Of a stretch of DNA of 64,000 bases, positions 30,211 to 38,700 are shown piece by piece. Origin of the DNA: a virus. A program made the position numbers and the translations under genes. Positions within the stretch are counted from its first letter, which is position 1. Every line of letters starts with the position of its first letter. A model generated the notes under the pieces. That model saw only the letters and a program-made list of their open reading frames with translations. It did not search any database and had not been told where the DNA came from. The stretch covers positions 1 through 64,000 of the IMG/VR virus record IMGVR_UViG_3300029513_000230. The stretch is one strand, 5' to 3'.

Positions 30211-30507
30211 TCAGAGCGTACCGGATAGCTCCTCTTTGACGCTCTCCACCGTCCTTCTCAGATAGTAACTCCTCCTTATCCTGTCCGGATACAAGTTCCG
30301 CATCCGGTTGACGGCTTGCCTCGTCATTCCCGTCAGATCGGATATGATATTGTCGCTCAACTTGCGATCGGCCAGTATGGTTATAGCCACTCCCCGAGCG
30401 TCAACATTGCGCTCCTTGTTGTTGCTAAACATCATTACCGGATCGGTCCCGCACTCCTTGCAGACTGTCTCTATCACTTTTTTGTAAAAAATTTCCACCT
30501 TATTCAT
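30211..30507 (-). CDS. HTH-domain protein (DnaA-C/sigma-region-4-like)
   Basis: ...ISDLTGMTRQAVNRMRN... HTH. Confidence 0.4.
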   Translation of the reverse strand: MNKVEIFYKKVIETVCKECGTDPVMMFSNNKERNVDARGVAITILADRKLSDNIISDLTGMTRQAVNRMRNLYPDRIRRSYYLRRTVESVKEELSGTL

Positions 30508-30795
30508 AAACTTTTTATTTCGTGGTTTGTTTTACTATCAAGCCGGGCAAAAAAATGCACGGCAGAAAGACATATAAGAATCTTCCCGTCGTGCGTGGCA
30601 TGAAAAAATAATCAAACTTCCGATCCGATTATTTAGGGAAGATTCTTTTTCTTTATCCTCCCTTTCCGGCTCGTTCTCACGAAGTCACCATCAAACTAAT
30701 ATAAATTATCATGAACAAAAAACGTCAGCCCTTGTTATTCATATAACGCATTCATTCTATTATCAGAGGTTTCCCGGGTGTGAGCCACGGAAGCC

Positions 30796-31263
30796 TCACC
30801 AAATCCTATAGAACCCGCCTATCCCTACATAGGGAGACAACCCGTGTTTACCGATCCCATAACCGGCTATCGCACCGATTCCCCATCTACGTGGGGTGAT
30901 CGTCTTGGTTATATACTCAGTCTTGCGATAAACCTCGATGTAATCAAGATTAGGCTTGTAACCCGAAATTGAAAGCCGGTAATCATCCGTCTTGTACTCC
31001 TTGCTGGTTATGGGTACCGGAACATATACAGGTTCCTTTACCGTGTCACCGTCCAACGTGATATAAACAGGGAACGGCTCCGGTATCGTCTGCACCAATG
31101 TCTCGTAAACAGGATACGGGATACTGTCATGGATCGTGTCGGTTATTAATACGGTATCGGATTTAGACACGACTTTATCAGTCACATCCCCCCGGATATG
31201 GTAGCCAGCCGTGAAACTGGCTACCAAGCACACTAGTATTAATATTATATGCCACGGCTTCAT
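30796..31263 (-). CDS. membrane-anchored protein (possible spanin/lysis accessory)
   Basis: N-terminal TM helix; sits downstream of the lysis genes. Confidence 0.35.
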   Translation of the reverse strand: MKPWHIILILVCLVASFTAGYHIRGDVTDKVVSKSDTVLITDTIHDSIPYPVYETLVQTIPEPFPVYITLDGDTVKEPVYVPVPITSKEYKTDDYRLSISGYKPNLDYIEVYRKTEYITKTITPRRWGIGAIAGYGIGKHGLSPYVGIGGFYRIW

Positions 31264-31647
31264 CTATCGAACGATCATCCAATCCGTAGCTAGCATATCC
31301 GTTTGAGATGCTAACCAGCCATTTACGATAGTATCATCAGCGGCTTTCATACACAAATAAGCCGTGAACTTGATCTTGTCCGTTTCCGAGTCACCATATT
31401 TATTAGCAACCCATTTCTTTACTGCATCAGGTAAGGATTTAACCTTATTCACGACCATGTCTGTAGACAAATAGTCTTCAGGACGCTGAAAGATAAACAT
31501 GCCTTTTCCATTCCATCCTTCACGACAAACCAACTCCCCTTTTTTGATAGCCTCTAAAGCTTCTCCAAATGTCATGTTTTTAGTTTTCATTTTATTTACG
31601 CTTACCTCTACAGCATTAGGTCTTGTTATTGTTAAAGTAAATTCCAC
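31264..31647 (-). CDS. DUF2829-family protein (Tad2-like)
   Basis: ...[29 protein letters not shown]...[21 protein letters not shown] matches the DUF2829 pattern (GW and W..sq.DllAeDW). Confidence 0.55.
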   Translation of the reverse strand: MEFTLTITRPNAVEVSVNKMKTKNMTFGEALEAIKKGELVCREGWNGKGMFIFQRPEDYLSTDMVVNKVKSLPDAVKKWVANKYGDSETDKIKFTAYLCMKAADDTIVNGWLASQTDMLATDWMIVR

Positions 31648-32042
31648 CCAGCTATAACGTCCGGCATTTCAGCCTCCCTACCATTCTCCACCTTGCTCAT
31701 CCCGCCCACGATCCGGATCATCTGCTCACGATCGTTGATGTTGATAGGATCATCAGCCGGGATACCAGCATAATCTGATACGGCCTTAATGTAAGCGTCC
31801 GTATCGTTCTCGTTTTCCGGTGCCCAGCGACCTATCATCTTGCGGATCGTGTCCAGCTTATAGTTCCGGTAATAGTTAGACAGGATCTTGAAGATCGCCC
31901 TGTAACCGTATGCCATCGATTTAAATTGCTTAAACGACTTGTCCTTGCTTGGGCGTATCTCACCTTGGAACAAGTCTCCGTTGATCCGGATGTTTCCCGG
32001 GTTGTTGTTCCGATACCCACGAGGTAAATTATTTTTCCCCAT
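31632..32042 (-). CDS. putative endolysin/peptidoglycan hydrolase
   Basis: [12 protein letters not shown] motif family seen in Bacteroidales phage lysins; adjacent to a holin. Confidence 0.45.
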   Translation of the reverse strand: MGKNNLPRGYRNNNPGNIRINGDLFQGEIRPSKDKSFKQFKSMAYGYRAIFKILSNYYRNYKLDTIRKMIGRWAPENENDTDAYIKAVSDYAGIPADDPININDREQMIRIVGGMSKVENGREAEMPDVIAGWNLL

Positions 32043-32045
32043 ATT

Positions 32046-32522
32046 TTACTCTCCTTTCTTCTTTTTATTCATGGCATTGGATAAAGCGTTTGTCAAAGCG
32101 TCCTCCAAAACCTTTTGCGTTACAACCTTACCGATCATGTCGGCTGTCTTACTCGCCTGCCTCCTTTGTTTGGCGTCAGCCTTCTCCCAGATAGACCTAA
32201 CCTCCGTTATCAAGATAAATACGGTCACTATCGAGGATACGACCGGGACATTGGTCAAGAAAGGCAGATGGATAAATTCCCAGAACCGACACACGTAGCA
32301 AACCGAGTCTATCCCGCACGCTATACATACGCTACCAGCGTAAAGTATGAACTTACTGACCGTCCTACGCATGCCATACGAATTACGCTCCTCGCCCCTC
32401 AATTTAGCCTTGTAATAACCCGAGGCGAAATCCCACCCCATCGCCACCATAACGATGAACATCTCAAACACGACTACAGTCAGTAGCTCCCTCATACTGC
32501 AAATCATTTTAAAAAATTCCAT
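32046..32522 (-). CDS. holin-like membrane protein
   Basis: Three TM segments plus a charged C-terminal tail; immediately upstream of the lysin. Confidence 0.5.
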   Translation of the reverse strand: MEFFKMICSMRELLTVVVFEMFIVMVAMGWDFASGYYKAKLRGEERNSYGMRRTVSKFILYAGSVCIACGIDSVCYVCRFWEFIHLPFLTNVPVVSSIVTVFILITEVRSIWEKADAKQRRQASKTADMIGKVVTQKVLEDALTNALSNAMNKKKKGE

Positions 32523-32547
32523 TCTTCCGATCCTTTTTTTTATTTAG

Positions 32548-32940
32548 TTATAAAACCACTATGCTCTCCTCCTCTCTCGCCGCCTCCCACTCGGCGAAAT
32601 CGCTATCCACACGGTCTTTCAACGCCTTCCTCTCGTTAAGGAACGTCTTATAAGACTCCACGTATGACAAGTCCAGTATGCCTAGCTGGGCGGCGTTGTA
32701 GTCGTTCAGCTTCTTTTGCTCCACGTCCTTGTCCCATAGGGCGTTGATACAGGCCTCCAATATCTTGTTGGCCGTCAACGTGGGCCATACCCTGACCTCG
32801 TTGTAACTATAGGAGATCACGGGGGCCATATCGTCACCCATCTCCCTTGTCTCCTCTCTAACGTCCCACCGGTACAGGTAGGAACCGTCACCGTCCCGCT
32901 CTATTCTAGGCGGCATTGTGTCGCTCCATGATCGCTTCAT
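32548..32940 (-). CDS. hypothetical acidic protein
   Basis: ORF; start overlaps the RT stop. Confidence 0.4.
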   Translation of the reverse strand: MKRSWSDTMPPRIERDGDGSYLYRWDVREETREMGDDMAPVISYSYNEVRVWPTLTANKILEACINALWDKDVEQKKLNDYNAAQLGILDLSYVESYKTFLNERKALKDRVDSDFAEWEAAREEESIVVL

Positions 32941-34000
32941 AAAACTCTGGTTTTAAAATTTTCTTAGCTAAATGCTTGCTATCGCTATCATATATCCAGC
33001 CCAGCCAACCGGCTAGACCTGCCTTGTATTCCGTTAAGGATATATTCGGGACTTTATTCAATCTAGCCGCCGCACGACATAGATTTTGCTTAGTCCTCTT
33101 CCTTATCCGTATATGCTCCTTGTAAAATACGAAACCCACGAAATCTACACCACGGCCGCTTTTATCCGATCTTCTCTCAGCGATCTTAAATATCTGGTAA
33201 TTCCCTTTCAGCTCCAACTTCAACACGGCCAATCTATCGATAAGCCACGGAAGTAATACGTTTCTCAAGAAACACTTATCATGATGGAAAAAAGTCATGT
33301 CATCCGCGTATCTGATATAATGCCTTATATCTATAATCTCCTTTATCTCGTGATCCAGATAGGCGAGATAAAGATTCGCAAGATATTGGCTAAGATAGTT
33401 CCCGATCGGAACGCCGGGAGCGGAATCGATGATCTCATCCAACAACATAAGCAAGCGATCGTCCTTGATCTTCTTCCGAGCGATGCCTTTTAACACCTCA
33501 TGGTCTATTGACGGATAGAATTTGCGGATATCAACCTTGAGGCAATAGACGGATTCACGATCGGACAAAGCCCGTCTTGTCCTCTTATACGCCTCCGTTA
33601 TTCCTCTTCCCTTGATACATGATGTCGTATCAGCCGTGAACACGGAAACCCATATAGGTTCCATGACGTTCATTATGGCATGATGCAATATCCTGTCCGG
33701 ATAATAAGGGAGCTTGAAGATGATCCTTTCTTTTGGCTCATAGATGGTATCAGTCCGGTACTTGGAAGTCTTGAACGTGCCATCCAGCAGAGACTTTAGC
33801 AAACGGCTTAGATTACCTTCTTTGTCCTTGTCAAACAACCTTATGCCGTATGAATCCTTCTTTCCCCTTCGGGCTTTCATGTCCGCAAGTATCAAGTTGT
33901 CCATATTCGCTATCTTATCAAATAAATTCCCTGTTCTCTTCATTTTATTGTCATTAATTTGCTTTTTATCATAGGGAGTCTTCGGTTTCCCTACCAACAC
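32906..34000 (-). CDS. DGR reverse transcriptase
   Basis: RT motifs: N-terminal RTGNLFDKIANMDNLILADMKARRGKK; motif 4 IGNYLSQYLANLYL (DGR-specific SQ); catalytic YIRYADDMTFF; thumb DFVGFVF. Confidence 0.85.
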   Translation of the reverse strand: MLVGKPKTPYDKKQINDNKMKRTGNLFDKIANMDNLILADMKARRGKKDSYGIRLFDKDKEGNLSRLLKSLLDGTFKTSKYRTDTIYEPKERIIFKLPYYPDRILHHAIMNVMEPIWVSVFTADTTSCIKGRGITEAYKRTRRALSDRESVYCLKVDIRKFYPSIDHEVLKGIARKKIKDDRLLMLLDEIIDSAPGVPIGNYLSQYLANLYLAYLDHEIKEIIDIRHYIRYADDMTFFHHDKCFLRNVLLPWLIDRLAVLKLELKGNYQIFKIAERRSDKSGRGVDFVGFVFYKEHIRIRKRTKQNLCRAAARLNKVPNISLTEYKAGLAGWLGWIYDSDSKHLAKKILKPEFYEAIMERHNAA

Positions 34001-34080
34001 CCTTTATATGGGGAGACTTTTTTCGCCAAGAGGCGAGGCCACCATCCCTGTTTGTTATCTAAATATCTTTTCCCCCTCTC

Positions 34081-34198
34081 TAAAAGTATAGGCGTGAACC
34101 GATGTTACGATTCGCATCGGAAGGCGCATTATTCGTATTCACGTTAGCGAGGCCTGCATTCGACCTGTTGTCCGCGTTACCGCCAACCAGCACCACCT
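34081..34198 (-). repeat. DGR template repeat (TR)
   Basis: 118-bp noncoding copy of 34643-34760. 19 mismatches, all at + strand T (= A on the transcribed strand). Confidence 0.8.
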
Positions 34199-34221
34199 AG
34201 GGATGATCGACCCTCATTCCG

Positions 34222-34575
34222 TCATTCGAGATAATACCTGTTCCCGGAGGCTCGCATCGTCACTTTCCTAGGGAACTTGTCCATCTCCTTTATCTTACCA
34301 AGAACGTACTTGATCTCTTGGGAGTTCGTAAAGAATTTCTTGGCATCACTATCCTTATCCTCTAGATTCTCCTTGATCATGACAAGCGCCCTGTCTTTCC
34401 CGAACTTGGTGGACACGCCATCCATGTAATCAATTACCCAGAACGTGAGATTCGTCAACTTCTGTTGGGTGATCTCCGGACAATTAAAATGCCTTGAGTT
34501 CTTATCCCTTGGGATATTCAAGAACGACAAGCTGCCGTCATCTTTATTCTTTTCTTCTTCCATTTTTATCCTCAT
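34222..34575 (-). CDS. candidate DGR accessory variability determinant (Avd) by position
   Basis: 117-aa Lys-rich ORF located between target gene and TR, as in the BPP-1 mtd-avd-TR-brt layout. No sequence similarity to Avd is claimed. Confidence 0.35.
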   Translation of the reverse strand: MRIKMEEEKNKDDGSLSFLNIPRDKNSRHFNCPEITQQKLTNLTFWVIDYMDGVSTKFGKDRALVMIKENLEDKDSDAKKFFTNSQEIKYVLGKIKEMDKFPRKVTMRASGNRYYLE

Positions 34576-34614
34576 TAAACGTTATACAAAAAATTCCCGA
34601 CGTGATACGTGCGG

Positions 34615-36753
34615 CTACGCCGACGTTTTACGATATTCGGGGAAAAAGCAAAGGCGTGAACCGACGTCACGATCCGCAGCGGAAGGCGCAGAACCCGTAT
34701 ACACGTCAGCGAGGCCCGCATACGACCCGGTGTCCGCGCGACCGCCAACCAGCACCACCTGCATGCGGTTAGCCGATGTGTAGGTGTAGTAGTAGTCGCA
34801 CCAGTAGGTAGAACTACTACCGCCGATCTCCGTAGCTACGATATCACCATCCTCACCTAGGAGCATCTTCTTGGCATAACCATTGGTACGGCAGATGTTG
34901 CCTTTCTTGTTATAGCCTGTGTAAGATGTATCGCTGAAGTTTGACGGGTCATCGGTAGTCCATAATATGGATAATCCCGCATCGCCCGTGGTGACCTGTA
35001 TATTGGCCCCGTCGGTGTATTTCCAGATATGGCCGAACGGATTCTCTATGCCACGATACCTGTTAGCCATCAACGTGGCGTGAGTACCGCCGGAAGCGTT
35101 CTTCACGACATATGCCTTCTCTCCCGAGCCGTTCCCGAACTCGTTGGTATAGCCGCATGGGATAAGTGGATTGATCTTGTTGAAGTTAGTCCAATCCGTC
35201 ATTTGCGTTGGTCCCGGACCTAGGCCACCTTGGGCGAAACCGTTTGCGTCCTTCTGGGCGTTGAAAGGCTTCTGGCTGTCCAGCGTGGCGTACTCGACGG
35301 CGAATAGCCAGAACAGGGTCTTGTGGGCGTTGTAGGTGTACATCTCCCAACCGCTGCCACGTTTCCTTGCGGCTTGCCGGAATTGGTCTCGGGTGAGGTT
35401 GGTGACGGGACGGCCTAGCAAGGAACGGTAGGTTCCGTCCCATTCGGCGGTGTTGTCGCCGCCTCTTGTATCAGTAGAGTTTGTTTTATCCGACATCAAT
35501 AACCCTAAAGATCTAAGCATTTGCGCCTCACTTGAGCCTATATAGAATTTGCTTATATGCTTGTATCCGGGCAATGGAATCGAAGATAACATCATTTTAA
35601 ATTTAGTCCCAGTTATGTATATTCTATACCAATGATCGGGAATCTCTACCATTGACGCATAATCTTTAGACGCAAATGTCATCTTCCATGCCGTTGGTTC
35701 ATGATAATAATATACTCCTCCATTATTATCTAACACGACTCCTCTCATCCCGCTCTGCACCGGCAACTCCCTATGCAGTTGCATATTTCCAACACGCTTC
35801 CCGTCCGGGCTTGACGATGCCATGTCCCACTCTACACCATAGGCGTACCGCTCCTCGATGTCGGGGATGTCCTCCCAAGCGGGGGTCCACTCGGTGGAGA
35901 TGTCGCCGTACTCGAGCTTGATCTTGTGGATGGTGGAAGTTGATGTGCCAGTTTTAGGAGAACTAAATACAACCATATGTGTATTATCAGCTACTGCATC
36001 TCCGATATTAGTAATCCATTTAAAAGCCTTACTGGCCTTCCCATTCACAAAGTCAGTCTTACTGAACTGAACCATAGAACCTACTGCACCAGTAGAGTTA
36101 TATATAGTGAACATTTCCTTATCATCACCCAATTCTCCAAAAATAGTCAATGTTACTTGTGTTCCTTTAGATATCGGTTCAGTTAGCCAATAATCAGCGA
36201 TATTGTAATTCGAATTACTCACCTCCTTCCCTGATCCCAGCAACAGGTTCCTGCCGTACACGGGCAGCTTGCGGTACTTGCCATCAGCCATCAGAGACTT
36301 ATCCTTGTCCCCCTTGGTCTCCAGCGTTATCGACACGTCCGGATCGTCATTTTTTGCCTTGTCCGGCGTTATGGTTATCTGACCGTTAGACGGGGTGGAT
36401 GTGACAACGGGCTTTAACTTATCAACGTCCGTCCTTAGACCGGTGACCAGATTCCGGATATCCGTATCGTCGTAATGGTCACGCAAGTTAGGCGTGGTTA
36501 TGGTTCCCTCAGCGGAGGTTATCTCCAAGACGTATTCCGTATCCGTGTTAGTCTTTATCCTCACCTTGATGTCTTGCATCACCAATGGAAGCTCGGCGTA
36601 CGTATGGATACCGTCCGAGAACTTCATGTTTAAATTGCCGTTCGCCAACCGCTCGAAAAGCCATAGCGACGGCGGGTATATGGTGCTGTCAGCCGTCCAC
36701 TCGGCGGTGGACTGCTCTATCTGTTGGTATACGTAAGCTCCTCTCTTGCTCAT
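34615..36753 (-). CDS. DGR target protein, tail-fibre-like with C-terminal CLec-type variable region
   Basis: 712 aa; C-terminus ...RMQVVLVGGRADTGSYAGLADVYTGSAPSAADRDVGSRLCF carries the VR; lies in the tail-fibre module. Confidence 0.7.
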   Translation of the reverse strand: MSKRGAYVYQQIEQSTAEWTADSTIYPPSLWLFERLANGNLNMKFSDGIHTYAELPLVMQDIKVRIKTNTDTEYVLEITSAEGTITTPNLRDHYDDTDIRNLVTGLRTDVDKLKPVVTSTPSNGQITITPDKAKNDDPDVSITLETKGDKDKSLMADGKYRKLPVYGRNLLLGSGKEVSNSNYNIADYWLTEPISKGTQVTLTIFGELGDDKEMFTIYNSTGAVGSMVQFSKTDFVNGKASKAFKWITNIGDAVADNTHMVVFSSPKTGTSTSTIHKIKLEYGDISTEWTPAWEDIPDIEERYAYGVEWDMASSSPDGKRVGNMQLHRELPVQSGMRGVVLDNNGGVYYYHEPTAWKMTFASKDYASMVEIPDHWYRIYITGTKFKMMLSSIPLPGYKHISKFYIGSSEAQMLRSLGLLMSDKTNSTDTRGGDNTAEWDGTYRSLLGRPVTNLTRDQFRQAARKRGSGWEMYTYNAHKTLFWLFAVEYATLDSQKPFNAQKDANGFAQGGLGPGPTQMTDWTNFNKINPLIPCGYTNEFGNGSGEKAYVVKNASGGTHATLMANRYRGIENPFGHIWKYTDGANIQVTTGDAGLSILWTTDDPSNFSDTSYTGYNKKGNICRTNGYAKKMLLGEDGDIVATEIGGSSSTYWCDYYYTYTSANRMQVVLVGGRADTGSYAGLADVYTGSAPSAADRDVGSRLCFFPEYRKTSA
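34643..34760 (-). repeat. DGR variable repeat (VR) at 3' end of target gene
   Basis: Matches TR apart from 19 A-position substitutions; ends 26 nt before the stop codon. Confidence 0.8.
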
Positions 36754-38090
36754 GATAATATCCCTTTATCTATTATTGTTACTGATTCATTGTAGTAATT
36801 CGCCCCGGTCAAGTAGACGTTCCCCGGCAAGGCGGCACCGGAAGACTCCTCCCATATGGCCTTACCCTCCACTATGTCGTGGAGCTTGTAGAACGTAACG
36901 TCTCCGGGAGACTCCCTTAGATAGACCTCACCGCCTATAGGGTAGCTCTTGGTCTCGCCGCCCTCCTCGTAGGTCACGTCGTTCGCCCCCGGGACATGGT
37001 CGATCTCCCTTGTCTTGTATACGCCGGCCACCGCCCCGTCCTGTCCTTGCGGGATGGTAAGATCTAATTCCGCCAATGGTACCCCTTCCTCGGTCTCTCC
37101 CTTCTCGGTTATCGTGGCTTGGGCCGCCGTTCCCGGGAGACCGGTCGTCACCTTGCCGATCGATATCTTTGGGGAGAATCCCCTAGGGCCTCTCTGCAAC
37201 ACGAAGTTCATCCTGTATACGGGGTTGCCGGATGCGTCCGTGCCCCCGTCGGACAACGATACGGAAGGATACGTGCCCGCCGTTATGGTGCCTATGGAGA
37301 ATTGCGGGGTCTTCCCGGTGAAGCCTCTCATACCGGAAACGTCCACGATATAGTCGTAGCCCGTCGATGTCCTCAGATACAGCTTTCCGGTATCCTCCTC
37401 CTCCACGCTGCCCGTGTTGATGATGACGAACTTCCCCTCCGGGACGCTAGACTTGTCCGCCTCCATAGCCGAGACGGACTTATAGACCTTGTAGATCGTG
37501 AACGCCTCCGGTTTCAGTATCCTGTCCGTCTTGATATAGGCCCCGGTAGCGTAATCCCACGTGTAGACATGGAAGTCATCGCCGATATAGCCCGGGTGGT
37601 CAGACACCGACTTGGCGTTCTCAGCCGCCGTGTTCGCTTTCTCGGTTGCCGCGTCCGCCCTCTCCAAGGCGTGCCTCACGTCGTTCTCGAACTGGGTCTT
37701 CAAGGCGTTCACCTCGCTCACGATAGCGTTCATCCTCTCACGCACATCGGCGGCGGCTTCCGTGGCCGGCCTCTTCAAGTCGGCGAGCGGTATGAGGTTC
37801 TGCCACATCCCGTCCTCGTAACGCCACTGTATGTAATCTGCGGTGACCTGCAAGACGATCTGCTTCCCGTCAACGCCCCTCAACAAGGATATGGCCACAC
37901 GCACGAGATCATAAGCCGAGCCGGATTGCCTGAACACCGGCAAGGACGATATACCTTGCAGGCTATCGGCCTCCTCGTACTGCCCCGGGTCTTTCGACGT
38001 GGTCAGCAAGAGGTCGTTGACCGCCGACGCTATCTTCTGGATGTCCTCGGGGGTCACCTCGGTGCCCGATGATAGGATGATGCTTTCCAT
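36750..38090 (-). CDS. tail fibre/structural protein
   Basis: 446 aa, GC-rich; start overlaps the downstream target gene (ATGA). Confidence 0.5.
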   Translation of the reverse strand: MESIILSSGTEVTPEDIQKIASAVNDLLLTTSKDPGQYEEADSLQGISSLPVFRQSGSAYDLVRVAISLLRGVDGKQIVLQVTADYIQWRYEDGMWQNLIPLADLKRPATEAAADVRERMNAIVSEVNALKTQFENDVRHALERADAATEKANTAAENAKSVSDHPGYIGDDFHVYTWDYATGAYIKTDRILKPEAFTIYKVYKSVSAMEADKSSVPEGKFVIINTGSVEEEDTGKLYLRTSTGYDYIVDVSGMRGFTGKTPQFSIGTITAGTYPSVSLSDGGTDASGNPVYRMNFVLQRGPRGFSPKISIGKVTTGLPGTAAQATITEKGETEEGVPLAELDLTIPQGQDGAVAGVYKTREIDHVPGANDVTYEEGGETKSYPIGGEVYLRESPGDVTFYKLHDIVEGKAIWEESSGAALPGNVYLTGANYYNESVTIIDKGILS

Positions 38091-38091
38091 A

Positions 38092-38379
38092 TTACTCCAC
38101 CGCTTGACTGTTCAACATCCCGTAAGTGTCGTTAAAGAATTGAGTGGCGATGGCCACCGCATCCTCCTTGCTCGTTATCACGCCGGGCTTGTCCACCGAC
38201 ATGAAGAATTGCCCGTTACGCTCGTAGGCCAGAGATCCCACACGTACCCCGTCCTTGATAAAAGAGCCTGTTATCCGGTCTATCCGCTCATCGGTCTTGA
38301 CCGAGGCGGAATACTGTATCTTGATACCGGCTACTTCCGAGTAGCCGTTTATTGTCCTAGTATCGCTCGTTATCTCCAT
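38092..38379 (-). CDS. hypothetical tail-associated protein
   Basis: ORF only. Confidence 0.4.
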   Translation of the reverse strand: MEITSDTRTINGYSEVAGIKIQYSASVKTDERIDRITGSFIKDGVRVGSLAYERNGQFFMSVDKPGVITSKEDAVAIATQFFNDTYGMLNSQAVE

Positions 38380-38383
38380 GGTC

Positions 38384-38674
38384 TCATACGTTTAAAATGT
38401 TAAAGATCTGACCGAAGGCCCCTGCGGTCAACGTCTTGTCGCAACATTTCTTTATCAATACTGATTCCTTGTCGCTGATATCTAATTCACCCTCGGCGGC
38501 GTTGATCCGTGTCATGAGGTTGTAAGCCTCGAACTTCTCGTCTTGATTCATGTCATCGCCGGACGAGTAAAGCCTAGCGCATACTATATCCTTGATGATT
38601 TGTACTTTTCCGAACTCGTCCTTCATGTCTTCCCCCTTGAATGTCTTTAGGGGCTTGTTGAAATTTACTTTCAT
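38384..38674 (-). CDS. hypothetical tail-associated protein
   Basis: ORF only. Confidence 0.4.
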   Translation of the reverse strand: MKVNFNKPLKTFKGEDMKDEFGKVQIIKDIVCARLYSSGDDMNQDEKFEAYNLMTRINAAEGELDISDKESVLIKKCCDKTLTAGAFGQIFNILNV

Positions 38675-38700
38675 GATTTACTGTATTTTAATTGTTAATA

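Noticed and set aside
33959-34147. 62-aa + strand ORF overlapping the TR
   Set aside because: It lies in the noncoding template-repeat region of the DGR and has no coding features.
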